Below, in pieces: positions 25,544 through 37,137 of a DNA stretch of 64,000 nt. The notes beneath the pieces are model-generated. The model did no database searches. It was not told the DNA's origin and worked only from the letters and a program-made list of their open reading frames with translations. Location of the stretch: the IMG/VR virus record IMGVR_UViG_3300020499_000002. One strand, given 5' to 3'. This stretch comes from an uncultured virus (IMG/VR IMGVR_UViG_3300020499_000002) (lineage: Duplodnaviria; Heunggongvirae; Uroviricota; Caudoviricetes). The position numbers were made by a program, and so were the translations under genes. Numbering within the stretch: position 1 is the first letter of the stretch; the number at the start of each line of letters is the position of its first letter.

Positions 25544-25972
25544 ATGGCATTAACAAGAGCAGATACCTTCACAGGTTCTAAAAAACAAATTGAATATTTT
25601 TCAGACTTTTTGACTAGTTTTGCAAAAACACCAATTGGAAATCAATTGGCTAGAGTAACAAACGAACAAGCTGTCGTGCAGTCTTTGAAAAATCTTATAA
25701 GAACAAATTTGGGCGAAAGATTGTTTCAGCCTACAGTTGGTTCTGACGTTATGGCAACTTTATTTGAGTTGAACACAGACGAGGCTAGGGATTCATTAGA
25801 ATTATTCATCAATAACACTGTTGAGAACAATGAACCTAGAGTCAATCTAGTACAAACCATAGTGAATACCGATAATATTAATGAAAATCAAATTGAGATA
25901 ACTTTGATTTATAACTTAATAAATAATCCAACAGAGTTAACTCTTAATTTAGTACTAAAAAGAGTCCGATAA
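25544..25972 (+). CDS. 25: baseplate wedge gp25
   Basis: AV.QSLKNLI.TN.GERLF.P..GS...EPRV. Confidence 0.95.
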   Translation: MALTRADTFTGSKKQIEYFSDFLTSFAKTPIGNQLARVTNEQAVVQSLKNLIRTNLGERLFQPTVGSDVMATLFELNTDEARDSLELFINNTVENNEPRVNLVQTIVNTDNINENQIEITLIYNLINNPTELTLNLVLKRVR

Positions 25973-27787
25973 ATGGCAAATAGTTCACTCAATCTTTCGT
26001 CTCTAGATTTTGACACCCTTAAAGATAATTTTAAGGAATTTCTAAAAACACAATCAGCATTCAAAGATTATAATTTTGATGGTTCGAATATTAACGTTCT
26101 CCTAGACGTTATGTCTTATAATTCATATTTAAATTCGTTTTATTTAAATATGATTGCATCAGAGATGTTCTTAGATTCAGCTCAAAAAATAGACTCTGTT
26201 ATTTCTCATGCAAAAGAATTAAATTACACGCCCAGAAGTTCTCATTCTGCTGTTGCTAATATCACTTTTACTGTGGAAACTAGCGGATTTACATCAAATA
26301 AATTAACGATTCCCAAAGGGACCAGATTCACTGGTTTTAATTCTAACGGAACATATACCTTCGTTACAGATCTTTCACAGACTTTTGTTTCTTCTAATAA
26401 TACTTATTTGGTAGAAAACATCCAAATAAATGAAGGCACATATTTTACTGATTCTTTTGTTTTAGATTACGAAATTGAAAATCAAAGATTTATACTTTCT
26501 AACGAAAACATTGATATTGAAAGTATTACAGTAAATGTCTCGGAAAATGGAGTTAATACTGATTACACTTTTGCAACCACTTTGTTTGGTTTAAGTGACG
26601 CCTCTACCGTTTATTTTATTCAGGCAGTCGAAGGCGGTAGATATGAAATTAGATTTGGTGATGGATTATTTGGAAAAAAACCAATAAACGGAGCTACGGT
26701 TGTTGTTGAATATATTGTAACAAATGGTTCAGATGGTAATGGTGTTGAAAATTTTGCATTAACAGATAATCTTGGTCCTGGTAATGGCGGCGAAGCTACT
26801 GCTTCGGAAATCACAGTTATTACTAGTTCTATACAAGGCGCAAATCAAGAAACTATAGAAGACATAAAATTTAATGCTCCTAGATATTTTGCCGCTCAAC
26901 AAAGAGCAGTTTCTATAGATGATTATTACTCACTAGTGCGTGCCAAATTTGGTGGAGCTGTTGACGATGTTATTATCTATGGTGGGCAAGATTTAGAACC
27001 AAAACTATACGGAAGAGTTATTGTTTCAGTAAAACCAACCGCATCTGTTACTGCATCTTCATTATTAAAAAATGATATCGTAAATTATTTACAAGATTTT
27101 ATCGCTCTACCAAATAGAGTCATAGTAACTGATCCTGATTATTTTTATATTGATGTATCTTCTACAGTTCAATTTAATTCTAAACTGACAACAAAATATT
27201 CTACTGAAATTAAAAGTATGATATTGGATGGTATTATTAATTTTAGTAGAGATCATTTAGAAAAATTTGGCAACGATTTTAGATATAGCAGATTCGTTAC
27301 TCGTATCGATTCATTAGATCAGAGTATAACAAGTAATGATACACGAGTAAAAATAATCAAAAGATTGACCCCTAAATTATTATTTGCTACTTCTTTTGAT
27401 GTCCGTTTCAATAATGGAGCTGAACAAGAAGGTTTATATGATGGTGTAGCATATCCAGATCAAAGAGTTTTAACTAGCACAGGATTTTCATACGTTGACG
27501 AAGAAGATAATATCTATCCTAACTGTTATTTAGAAGACGACGCTCTTGGTAATGTATTAGTATATACGTTTTTGAAAGGTATCAAAACTATCTTAAAAAC
27601 AAATATTGGAATCATAAATTATGAAACTGGTGCAGTATCGATAACCAATCTTAAAACTTCTTATTATAATAGTTACATAGAGTTATCTTTAACTACTAAA
27701 AATAAAGATATCATTGCATCTAAAAACATGGTTCTTTTAATTGACCCTGTTGACGTTAACATAGACATCATAGAAACAATAAGATAA
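25973..27787 (+). CDS. 6: baseplate wedge gp6
   Basis: LDFD..K.....FL..Q..FKDYNFDGS...E.FLDSAQ...AQQRAVS.DDY. Confidence 0.96.
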   Translation: MANSSLNLSSLDFDTLKDNFKEFLKTQSAFKDYNFDGSNINVLLDVMSYNSYLNSFYLNMIASEMFLDSAQKIDSVISHAKELNYTPRSSHSAVANITFTVETSGFTSNKLTIPKGTRFTGFNSNGTYTFVTDLSQTFVSSNNTYLVENIQINEGTYFTDSFVLDYEIENQRFILSNENIDIESITVNVSENGVNTDYTFATTLFGLSDASTVYFIQAVEGGRYEIRFGDGLFGKKPINGATVVVEYIVTNGSDGNGVENFALTDNLGPGNGGEATASEITVITSSIQGANQETIEDIKFNAPRYFAAQQRAVSIDDYYSLVRAKFGGAVDDVIIYGGQDLEPKLYGRVIVSVKPTASVTASSLLKNDIVNYLQDFIALPNRVIVTDPDYFYIDVSSTVQFNSKLTTKYSTEIKSMILDGIINFSRDHLEKFGNDFRYSRFVTRIDSLDQSITSNDTRVKIIKRLTPKLLFATSFDVRFNNGAEQEGLYDGVAYPDQRVLTSTGFSYVDEEDNIYPNCYLEDDALGNVLVYTFLKGIKTILKTNIGIINYETGAVSITNLKTSYYNSYIELSLTTKNKDIIASKNMVLLIDPVDVNIDIIETIR

Positions 27788-27788
27788 A

Positions 27789-30700
27789 ATGGATCCAAAA
27801 ATAGAAAAAACGATATCTAATTTCGTTCAGAATCAGTTTCCGCAATTCTATCAAGAGGAAGGCGAAAATTTTATTCTGTTTGTCAAAACATATTTTGAAT
27901 GGATGGAAACTGAAGGTCAGCCTATCAGAGAGGCTAGACAATTATTTGAATATAGAGATATTGATACAACTATTGAAAGATTTTTAGAATATTTTCAGAA
28001 AAAATATTTATACGGAATACCATTCAACATTATTGCCAATAAAAGATTTTTGTTAAAACATATACTTAATGTATATCGTTCTAAAGGTACAATACAAGGT
28101 TATAAACTATTATTCAGATTGATATATAATGAAGACGTAGACGTTTATCTGCCCGGTAAAGATGTTCTTAGGGTATCTGATGGTAAATGGGTGGAACCAA
28201 AATATTTGGAATTATCTTGGAGTCCAATTTTAGATTCGTTAATTGGTAAAACAATATATGGAGTATCTTCTGGAACTTCGGCTGTAGTTGAACGAATTGT
28301 AAAAGAACGTTTTAACAAAGACGAAATATATGTAATGTATATTAATGATGTTGGTCCCAAAGGCGGAGATTTCATCGTTTCTGAAAAAATTGTTGATAAC
28401 CAATTCAAATCTAATTCTGAATTGGTTAGTTTATCGCCTACAGTTTTGGGTTCTTTGGACAGACTTGATGTTTTCAATAGTGGTAACTCGTTTAATGTTG
28501 GCGACGTTCTTAAAATTGCATACAAAGATTTAGATACAAATGAAATAGATTCATTTGGCGATCAAGGTTTGATTGTAGTTACTTCACTATTTCGTGGATT
28601 CGGATCGCTCAACTTTAACATCAGAAATGGTGGTTTCGGGTTTACTGCTAATGCTGCTATTTTCTTATATAAAAACATACTAGATCAAACTGGTCAGGGC
28701 GCAAGTTTTAATATTAAAATAGCCGACGTTAGAAGATTAACATATAATACAGATCTATTTTTAGATTTTATGGATCTTCAATTAGACGAAATATACGGTT
28801 TCAGTAAATATCAAAACGCAAATTCGGCTTCTACACTGGACGAATGTTTTTCCTACGATACAAATGATTTTGGTAGAATAGCGGCGCTAACAAACGTTTT
28901 AACTGGTAATGGTTATATTGCTCCTGCTAATGTTTTTATTCGTTCTACTTATAGATCTAAAAATATTCCGGGAAGATTGACTTGGTACAACAGTAACGAT
29001 TTTATTAACGCTTACTCCACGGACGTCTATGTTAATACCTCATTTATCAGTAATAACGTTATTCTTATAGCAAACGCTGTTAAACATTATGATACAAACG
29101 CATACGTAGATTATATTGTACCAGCAGGAAATACTGCTATTAATGGTTTGACTGCTAATACAAGATATTATGTGAAAACTACTAATACGTTAGGTATTAC
29201 ATTAAGCGCCACTCAAGGCGGAACGACTTTAAATATTAATACAGCTGTCACTAGTAATACCACTGAAAGACATTCTTTCATAACAAAGGCTCTTACAAAA
29301 AGTTTTTTTGCTAACACTACCTCTGTAAATAATGCAAGCTATTCTATCCTAGTAACAGATGCTAATACTTATTTTTACCCAGACGATTATGTATATTATC
29401 TTGTCCCTGCAGGCAATACTGGGTTACTTGGTATTACACCAAATAGTTTTTATTATGTAGAAAGCTCGAACTCTACAGCTATAACATTGAGCGATACATT
29501 CACAGGCAATTCAGATCCAATTGAAATTGCAACAGATGTTATATTGGCTGGAGAAACGCATTATCTATTAAATGACACTACTAGAAATATTTACCCATAC
29601 GTAAACGGTTATTCTACACAAGTTTATGCTAATACATTTTCAATTAATAATACTAGTTATGCAATCAAAATAGCAAACGCTGATATATATTTTTCTGTTA
29701 ATGATAGAGTTTATTATGACGTTCCTGTTGGTAATACCGCCATAGCTAATTTAAGAGCAAATTCTGTTGTTTACATCAAAACTTCTAATTCGTCAGCAAT
29801 TACTCTGAGTAACACTGCTGGCGGTCCAGTAATGCAAATTTACACCAGTTCTTCTGGAGCAGCAGAAACACATACTATTAAAACTGCTAAATTTAGTAAA
29901 TATTTCGCAAATGATGACGTTATATATCTACAATCAGACAGCACAAATGCTAATACTTTGGAATTGGCAGTTATTAGAAATATAATAAGCGATGTATCGA
30001 TACAGCTGTACGGGTTCACTAACAGCAGCTCTACGAGTAATTCTCTTTATGGAAGAGCTGTTGTTATTATGCCTTCTCAGTTTGATGTTTCAGAGTTTAC
30101 AGGCAGAAATAAAATTACAGGTAATTCTGATATTTTCAGTATTCTTTCTTATACATATAGTACCTTAGATTATACCAATTTAGCTAATATTATGAAAAGG
30201 CTAGATGGTACCATAAATGGTATAAATGATAATATCGAAGCTCTAAATTCTAGTGGTAATAATATTGTAGAAAATGTTTCAGCGATCAATTCTGGTAAGG
30301 CTTATGTTGAAGGCGAATCAGTACGAGCTTATCGTTATGGTATTTTGCAAGTACCCACTGTTGCAAAAGGTGGAACAGGTTATGTCAATGGTGACACAAT
30401 CATATTCAGCGGCGGTGTTACTGAAACACCTGCCAGAGGCTCAATTCTGACAAATTCTCAAGGCAATGTAGTTTCTGTTAATACAGCAGAAGGAGCTTGG
30501 TATGGCGGTGTAGGTTATAATTCACTACCAGAAATAAGTATTAGATCAGCGAATAATTTAGCAAATGGCGCCGTTTTAACCACAAATTATATCCCATTTG
30601 ATACAGCCAATGAAATCAGAGGATTAGTGAGAAAAAGCGGAATAGGTAGAGGATTGGGTTATTGGGCGACTACTGATGGACTTTTGAATTCGGATAAGGT

Positions 30701-31109
30701 CATTCAAGATAGTTATTATTATCAGGATTATTCTTATGAATTGAGAACTGCACTTAGTCTAGAAACATACAAAGACGTATTTTACTCTACTTTTCACACA
30801 GCAGGTTCGGCTCTGTTTGGTAAATATGAATTACAACCTTTTGTGATGGCAAGTAACATAGAGTTAAATATCGATACTCTCGCTAATACGGCTTGGCCGC
30901 TTTGGCTAACTTGTGATATCGCAGACCCAAGAATTAGAGCGGACGTGTATCTTGAAGAACTCGCCAACGGGTATCCGCTCCCTGGCGTTATACTTACTGT
31001 AGACCAATTCACATTTTCTAATAATTATTTTGGATGTGATATAAATACAGTATACGCTGACAGCACAGAAATAACTTCTGACAGATTCTCAGAAGATTTA
31101 CCAACATAA
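27789..31109 (+). CDS. 7: baseplate wedge initiator gp7 with large insertions
   Basis: QFP.FY.....F..FVK.YFEWME...YRSKGT; C-terminal IQDSYYYQDYSYE...H.AG..LFG. Confidence 0.9.
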   Translation: MDPKIEKTISNFVQNQFPQFYQEEGENFILFVKTYFEWMETEGQPIREARQLFEYRDIDTTIERFLEYFQKKYLYGIPFNIIANKRFLLKHILNVYRSKGTIQGYKLLFRLIYNEDVDVYLPGKDVLRVSDGKWVEPKYLELSWSPILDSLIGKTIYGVSSGTSAVVERIVKERFNKDEIYVMYINDVGPKGGDFIVSEKIVDNQFKSNSELVSLSPTVLGSLDRLDVFNSGNSFNVGDVLKIAYKDLDTNEIDSFGDQGLIVVTSLFRGFGSLNFNIRNGGFGFTANAAIFLYKNILDQTGQGASFNIKIADVRRLTYNTDLFLDFMDLQLDEIYGFSKYQNANSASTLDECFSYDTNDFGRIAALTNVLTGNGYIAPANVFIRSTYRSKNIPGRLTWYNSNDFINAYSTDVYVNTSFISNNVILIANAVKHYDTNAYVDYIVPAGNTAINGLTANTRYYVKTTNTLGITLSATQGGTTLNINTAVTSNTTERHSFITKALTKSFFANTTSVNNASYSILVTDANTYFYPDDYVYYLVPAGNTGLLGITPNSFYYVESSNSTAITLSDTFTGNSDPIEIATDVILAGETHYLLNDTTRNIYPYVNGYSTQVYANTFSINNTSYAIKIANADIYFSVNDRVYYDVPVGNTAIANLRANSVVYIKTSNSSAITLSNTAGGPVMQIYTSSSGAAETHTIKTAKFSKYFANDDVIYLQSDSTNANTLELAVIRNIISDVSIQLYGFTNSSSTSNSLYGRAVVIMPSQFDVSEFTGRNKITGNSDIFSILSYTYSTLDYTNLANIMKRLDGTINGINDNIEALNSSGNNIVENVSAINSGKAYVEGESVRAYRYGILQVPTVAKGGTGYVNGDTIIFSGGVTETPARGSILTNSQGNVVSVNTAEGAWYGGVGYNSLPEISIRSANNLANGAVLTTNYIPFDTANEIRGLVRKSGIGRGLGYWATTDGLLNSDKVIQDSYYYQDYSYELRTALSLETYKDVFYSTFHTAGSALFGKYELQPFVMASNIELNIDTLANTAWPLWLTCDIADPRIRADVYLEELANGYPLPGVILTVDQFTFSNNYFGCDINTVYADSTEITSDRFSEDLPT

Positions 31110-31130
31110 TTTAGTCATAGGGGATTTAAA

Positions 31131-31715
31131 TTGGCAAGACAAGTAGTAAACGTCGGAAACGACCCAAATGATGGAACTGGAACTCCTCTTAGAGATGCCA
31201 TGGTTATCATTAATGATAATTTTTTGGAGCTTTATACTAATCCGGTTGTGAATACTTCAATAACAGTCGGCAATTCTTCAGTAAACACTGTTGTGAACTC
31301 TACATCTATAGTTTTCGGTAATAACTCTTCTGTCATTAGGATTGGAAACACTTCAATCAATGCTATCGCCAACAGTTCAGGATTCTTTACAGGGAATGGA
31401 ACTGTCACAGCAAATTCTATCAGTGTTTCCTCTAATACTATAAATGTTGGATCGTTCACAGCTGCAGCTAATGGGTACACATTTTTACCAAACGGTTTCA
31501 AATTAAATTATGGTTATGTATTTTGTAATTCTAGCGTAGGCAATGCTACTTTTTCGTCAGCGTTTGCGACAGCGTGTTATGTAGTTACGGCCACTTCTAA
31601 TACAGCAGCAGTTACATATGAACCTGCTGTAGTCGGAACTAATACTACCGTGGCTATTATCAGAACATCAAATACAACAGCCGTAAACGTTTATTATATG
31701 GCTATAGGAAGATAA
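31131..31715 (+). CDS. short fibre / gp9-gp10-like N-terminal protein
   Basis: RQVVNVG..PNDGTG.PLRDA...INDNF.ELY; C-terminal LPNG....YG...YYMAIG fibre-tip pattern. Confidence 0.8.
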   Translation: MARQVVNVGNDPNDGTGTPLRDAMVIINDNFLELYTNPVVNTSITVGNSSVNTVVNSTSIVFGNNSSVIRIGNTSINAIANSSGFFTGNGTVTANSISVSSNTINVGSFTAAANGYTFLPNGFKLNYGYVFCNSSVGNATFSSAFATACYVVTATSNTAAVTYEPAVVGTNTTVAIIRTSNTTAVNVYYMAIGR

Positions 31716-31724
31716 GGCGAATAA

Positions 31725-33260
31725 ATGACAGGAGTATTACAACCTTCTTATAGAAAGGCTCTAATTGATGAAATGTTTGATAACATAAGATCAAACACTT
31801 CATATTATTATGCAGTCGCCTCTAATCCTATATTAAGAGTTGGGCCCCTTCCTAATACTACCCCAGACGACTATAATACTAAATTTGAAACTGATTGGTT
31901 AATGTTATTTGGTAAAAAATTATCAATAACCAATTTTGCTCCATTAGTTGATAATAATCTATGGGCGAATGGTTTTGTCTACAAAATGTATGATAATAAC
32001 GATGTAGATTTATATTCAAACAATAAATTTTATGTTATAAGTCCTCCAGAATTTGATGGTGGAACTTATAACATCTTTAAATGTATGGACAATGCCAATA
32101 ATTCTCCTTCTACAGTAAAACCAGCAATAGTACAAGTAACTTCTTTTCAAACTGATGATGGTTATGTTTGGAGATATGTAACTTCTATTCCATATAGACT
32201 TTATAAAATGTTTGCTACAGACACATATGCACCAGTTTATGCAAACAGTGTTACTACTTTATATGCTAATCAATACTGCGGCGTCGAAAAGGTAGTCATT
32301 ACTAATACTGGCTCTGGATACGTAGGATACCATGATGGAACTATCTTATCAGCTAACAGCACAGTTATTCAGGTAGGCAATACAGCAAGTAATGCTTCGG
32401 GTATCTATAACAACAGCGCAATTTATATCTATAATGTCACTTTAACAACTTCTCAAATATTTCAAATATCAGATTATGTATCTAACAGCGTTGGAAAGTG
32501 GGTGCTTTTGAATGGAGAGGCTAATACTACAAATATTATCCCAGAAGCTACTCAATATAAAATTTCACCAAGAGTTGTTTTTACTACAGATGGCGGTACA
32601 CAGCCAGTAGCATATAGCGTTGTTAATACTACTACTAATTCTATTAGTAATATAGTTATGCTTGATATCGGCGCTGATATATCATGGGCAAACGTTTCTA
32701 TAGTATCCGCTGTTGGTTCTGGTGCGAATGTATATGCTATAGTTCCGCCACCAGGCGGTCACGGTTCTGACCCAGTCTCAGAATTGAATGTAAAGGCATT
32801 GGGCGTTAATTTTCATTTTGCCAACAGCGAAGGTAATACAGTATCTGACGATTTATTATATAACAAAATTGGTATAATTAAAAACCCTTACGGTCTACAT
32901 GCTAATGGCGCTAAAAGTAATACCGCTTACATATCTACAACGTTTAGTCAAACATTAGACGCTAATTTATTGAATCCAGTATTATTTACTGTTGGTGATA
33001 GAATCTATGGAAATACTAGCAATGCTTATGGTATAGTGGCCTTTGCTAATACATCTAGGATAAAAGTAGTAGGCGATAAAACTTTTGTTAATGGAGAATT
33101 TGTATTTTCTAGCGATTCAGTTTTGAGTTCAGAAATTGATATTATTGATAACGGTAGTATTTACGTTAAAGACGTAAAACCATTATATGTCCAAGATATA
33201 AATAACGTAAATAGGTCTAATTCTCAAACAGAATCTTTTAAGCTGATCATTGAGATTTAA
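31725..33260 (+). CDS. 8: baseplate wedge gp8
   Basis: FYV......N.FKC.DN.N...STVKP...T.DGY.WRY; PPGGHGSDP..EL; R...Q.E.FKLIIE. Confidence 0.9.
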   Translation: MTGVLQPSYRKALIDEMFDNIRSNTSYYYAVASNPILRVGPLPNTTPDDYNTKFETDWLMLFGKKLSITNFAPLVDNNLWANGFVYKMYDNNDVDLYSNNKFYVISPPEFDGGTYNIFKCMDNANNSPSTVKPAIVQVTSFQTDDGYVWRYVTSIPYRLYKMFATDTYAPVYANSVTTLYANQYCGVEKVVITNTGSGYVGYHDGTILSANSTVIQVGNTASNASGIYNNSAIYIYNVTLTTSQIFQISDYVSNSVGKWVLLNGEANTTNIIPEATQYKISPRVVFTTDGGTQPVAYSVVNTTTNSISNIVMLDIGADISWANVSIVSAVGSGANVYAIVPPPGGHGSDPVSELNVKALGVNFHFANSEGNTVSDDLLYNKIGIIKNPYGLHANGAKSNTAYISTTFSQTLDANLLNPVLFTVGDRIYGNTSNAYGIVAFANTSRIKVVGDKTFVNGEFVFSSDSVLSSEIDIIDNGSIYVKDVKPLYVQDINNVNRSNSQTESFKLIIEI

Positions 33261-33275
33261 TAACGGGAACTCATA

Positions 33276-36200
33276 ATGTCATTAGATATAGATTTAAACG
33301 TTGCTCCTTACTACGATGACTATAACGAAAATAAAAATTATCATAGAATTCTTTTTAGACCATCAGTAGCGGTGCAAGCAAGAGAATTAACTCAGCTTCA
33401 AACAATTCTTCAAAAACAGATAGAGCGTTTTGGAAATTGGGCATTTAGGAGCGGAGATATAGTATCTGGTTGTAATATCTCTGATATTCCATCTCTTTCA
33501 TATGTAAGACTTATGGATTTCGCTTCTAATGGATCAGCTAATACTGCAACATTAGATGTCACAGAATATATTAATGCAGTCGCTACTAGCGTAACTAGTA
33601 ATCTAAGAGCAAAAGTTTTATATGCTAATGCAGGTTTTAGTACCAATTATCCTGATACAAATATTTTATATTTAAGATATCTTAATACTGGAACTGGAGG
33701 GGAAAAAGTATTCTCTAATGGTGAACTCCTTACCTTTGTTCAAGTTTCAGAAGCAGGAAATACAGATTTAGCTAATGTATATTCTTGGGCTAATACTCTA
33801 GCTAATACTGTAACAACTGGAAATGCTCATGGTGTTACTGTTTCTGAAGGTATCATTTTTATCAATGGCAATTTCGTAAGAGTAGAGAACGAAACTTTCG
33901 GATTAGTTAATAATTTTGGAACTTATGCCGGCAATAACGTCATAGGGTTCGAATTAGTTGAACAAATTATTACTGAAACACAAGACAACACTTTGTTGGA
34001 TAATGCTCTAGGTTATTCTAACGAAAATGCGCCAGGAGCTCATCGTCTAAAAGTTTCGCCAATCATACTTTCTTTGACCGAAGAACAAGCGGCGCTAACC
34101 GAGAAATTCAATCCGATTGCTTCATACAATTATGGCACTCTGGTAATCAAATACTCAGAATCTTCTAATTTGTATTCTATAGTAGGCGATGTTATTGCTA
34201 AAAGAACTTATGAAGAATCTGGGAATTATGTAGTAAATCCTTTTGCTGTTGATACAGTAACAAATGTTTTGGACAACAACGTTGATATAGCGCCTTCTTC
34301 TGCTAATAATGTTCTTGCTAGAGTAAGCGCAGGAATTGGTTATTCTCAGGGTAAAAGAGTTGAGCTTCTTAAAACAGCATATATCGATATGCGTCGTGGC
34401 GTAGATACACAGACATTAAGTTCTCAACAGATCAGTTTCAATTATGGCAGTTATTTTATTTTAAATGAAGTATCAGGAACTTTTGAATTTAATAAATCAC
34501 AAACTGTTACTTTGTATGACAAACCACAACAGTCAGTAACTAATAGAACTTATGCTGGCACATCGCCTACGGGTAATAATATCGGAACAGCAACAGTAAA
34601 ATGTTATAGTTTTAATTCTGGTGTACCAGGAAGCGCATCTGCAACTTATTTGCTTCATATATTCAACATATCTCTAAATGCAGGGTATAACAGTACTCAA
34701 ATAAAATCTGTTTATTATAATGGTTCTAAAAAAGGAGTTGCTGATGTTTATTCTGTAGGATTGTTAGAAGATCAGTTCAAAAGACAACTTTATTCTTTTG
34801 GTTTTTCTGGAATAAAAAACATTAGAGATCAAAGTAATAACGTCCAGACTAATTATATTTACAGAAATAAAGCCTCTGGAACTATGACTACCACAGGTAA
34901 TGCGACTATAACATTAACTTATTCTGCGCCTGGAGGCACAGATATACTTCCTTATGGTATAGGTATACTATCAGATGCTACTGCTTCTGAGTTTACTGTG
35001 GTTGCTACTGCTAATGTTGATTCTGCGGTATTAACAGGCACAGTCAGCGTAAATACAACATCAGTTAACGTTGTAGGAACTTCAACAACGTTCACCAATA
35101 GATTTTATGTTGGAGACAACATAAAGGTAGGCACTGATATAAGAACAGTTATTTCAGTGTCAAATGCTACGTTTTTGACTGTCGATGCTCCATTTGGTGC
35201 GACTAACGCTTCTGCGAATTATTACAAATCTTACATTAGTGGTAAAAACATTCCAATTTCTAGAACCTTCAGTTCTGGTCCTTCAAGTTTTATACAGGTA
35301 ACAAACAGTACATCATTTACTATAAGTTCAGGTCAAATTCCTAGTTCATCTTTGAGTGTTGACATATTTTATAATACCCAAAGAAATGTTGCATTACCCG
35401 CTAAAAAGGTAATCAAGAGAGATGTGTTTGTTAAAATTAACACAGCTTCTAATCCAAAAGGACCATGGTGTTTAGGATTTAGCGATATTTTTAAAGTAAA
35501 TAAAATTTACGGATCTTCAAATGGAACTTATACAACAAACGGTGTAGATTTAACTACTAGCTTTACTTATGATACAGGTCAAAGAGACACTCATTACGAT
35601 TTGGGTTATTTGTATTCTAAGGGCTCATATAGTTCATCATCCTTCCCTAATATTTTAGTTCAACTTGACTATTTTGCTGTAAATACTGCACCAGGAGTAG
35701 GCTTCTTTTCAGTAGAATCTTATCCCGTCGATGATGCAAATACTGCAAACACTAATGCGATACAGACCAAAGATATTCCACTTTATGTTGACGAAAATGG
35801 CGCTAAGTTACCTCTTAGAGATTTCATAGATTTCAGAACTCCTTGTGCAATCACAGCTAACGACACAGGTACAGTTGATACATCTAATTCTACTCAAGTT
35901 ACTACAGCTATAAGTTATGCATCAGTCAATCCTGCTTCGACTTTGACTTTAAGCACCGGCGATGCTACATCAGGTTTGAACGTCCCTGCTTATGGTAAAA
36001 ATCTAGAAGCGGATTATACTAGATACCTACCTAGAAAAGATTTAATCCTAATAACTCCAGATAATGTTCTTAAAGTTAAAGAAGGCGTTTCTAGCCAGAG
36101 TCCACAAACTCCTCTATGGCCAGATAATGCTATGGTTCTTTCTGTATTGAATATACCACCATATCCTTCTCTTTCTTCAGATCAACTTGATTCGTTTTAT

Positions 36201-37115
36201 CCTATAAATCAAAACTCTAAAAATTTGATTAGAGATACATCAACAGCAATATCTGGAAGTATAGTTAGTAACCGTAGATATACTATGAAAGATATTGGTA
36301 CTCTAGACCAAAGAATTACTAATTTAGAATATTATACGCAATTAACTCTGTTAGAAAAAGCTGCTAAGGATTTGTCAGTAACAGACGCAAATGGTCTTGA
36401 TAGATTCAAAAACGGAATTTTCGTAGATCCTTTTTCTGATTTTTCTCTTGGGGATGTTTCCAGCACAGAGTATTCTATAGCTATTGATTCAGCCAAAGGA
36501 GTGGCAAGGCCAAGAATCATAAGAGAAGTTTTTAATATTAATTTTAATAGTTCTAGTTCTATAAACACAAGAAAAACAGGCAGATTAATTACCATCGATT
36601 ATGTCGAAGTACCATTTATTCAACAATATTATGCTACTAAGTATCGTAGTTCTGCTCTTGTTGCATACGCTTGGAATGGAACTCTATTATTAATTCCACC
36701 ATTCGATAATAATAGCGATATTCATAATACTGGTTCTATAAATATTACTATAGATAACACCAAACCTTGGAAAGATTTCGCAGCTAGTCCTTTTGGCTCT
36801 TCTTATGGAGAATGGAGAACAACTACTACTACAACCTCTGATACAGTTATAACTGGAACGCAGAATATAATTAATAGAGATATAGGATCATTGGGCGTTG
36901 CAGGAGCTGGTAGAGAAATTGCTGGCCCTAGAAGATTTAATGTCGGTTCAGGATCTTGGAATGGCACCGTTGATCTGTTGACAGAATCTGGTAGAGAATT
37001 AGCTTTGTCATTGGCGGCACAAGAATTGGGTGTTAACGTAGACGTCATCAGAGGTCATCTAACTGTGGTGTACGATGAGGGTATACCAGGCTATGAAAGA
37101 ACATTCAATTTTTAA
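33276..37115 (+). CDS. VrlC/DUF4815-like structural protein, N-terminal part
   Basis: LNVAPYYDDY...YHRILFRP..AVQARELTQLQ; RRYTMKDIG.L..RI.NLEYYT; DRFKNGIFVDPF. Confidence 0.9.
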   Translation: MSLDIDLNVAPYYDDYNENKNYHRILFRPSVAVQARELTQLQTILQKQIERFGNWAFRSGDIVSGCNISDIPSLSYVRLMDFASNGSANTATLDVTEYINAVATSVTSNLRAKVLYANAGFSTNYPDTNILYLRYLNTGTGGEKVFSNGELLTFVQVSEAGNTDLANVYSWANTLANTVTTGNAHGVTVSEGIIFINGNFVRVENETFGLVNNFGTYAGNNVIGFELVEQIITETQDNTLLDNALGYSNENAPGAHRLKVSPIILSLTEEQAALTEKFNPIASYNYGTLVIKYSESSNLYSIVGDVIAKRTYEESGNYVVNPFAVDTVTNVLDNNVDIAPSSANNVLARVSAGIGYSQGKRVELLKTAYIDMRRGVDTQTLSSQQISFNYGSYFILNEVSGTFEFNKSQTVTLYDKPQQSVTNRTYAGTSPTGNNIGTATVKCYSFNSGVPGSASATYLLHIFNISLNAGYNSTQIKSVYYNGSKKGVADVYSVGLLEDQFKRQLYSFGFSGIKNIRDQSNNVQTNYIYRNKASGTMTTTGNATITLTYSAPGGTDILPYGIGILSDATASEFTVVATANVDSAVLTGTVSVNTTSVNVVGTSTTFTNRFYVGDNIKVGTDIRTVISVSNATFLTVDAPFGATNASANYYKSYISGKNIPISRTFSSGPSSFIQVTNSTSFTISSGQIPSSSLSVDIFYNTQRNVALPAKKVIKRDVFVKINTASNPKGPWCLGFSDIFKVNKIYGSSNGTYTTNGVDLTTSFTYDTGQRDTHYDLGYLYSKGSYSSSSFPNILVQLDYFAVNTAPGVGFFSVESYPVDDANTANTNAIQTKDIPLYVDENGAKLPLRDFIDFRTPCAITANDTGTVDTSNSTQVTTAISYASVNPASTLTLSTGDATSGLNVPAYGKNLEADYTRYLPRKDLILITPDNVLKVKEGVSSQSPQTPLWPDNAMVLSVLNIPPYPSLSSDQLDSFYPINQNSKNLIRDTSTAISGSIVSNRRYTMKDIGTLDQRITNLEYYTQLTLLEKAAKDLSVTDANGLDRFKNGIFVDPFSDFSLGDVSSTEYSIAIDSAKGVARPRIIREVFNINFNSSSSINTRKTGRLITIDYVEVPFIQQYYATKYRSSALVAYAWNGTLLLIPPFDNNSDIHNTGSINITIDNTKPWKDFAASPFGSSYGEWRTTTTTTSDTVITGTQNIINRDIGSLGVAGAGREIAGPRRFNVGSGSWNGTVDLLTESGRELALSLAAQELGVNVDVIRGHLTVVYDEGIPGYERTFNF

Positions 37116-37137
37116 TGAATTGATCTAGGAGATAAAA

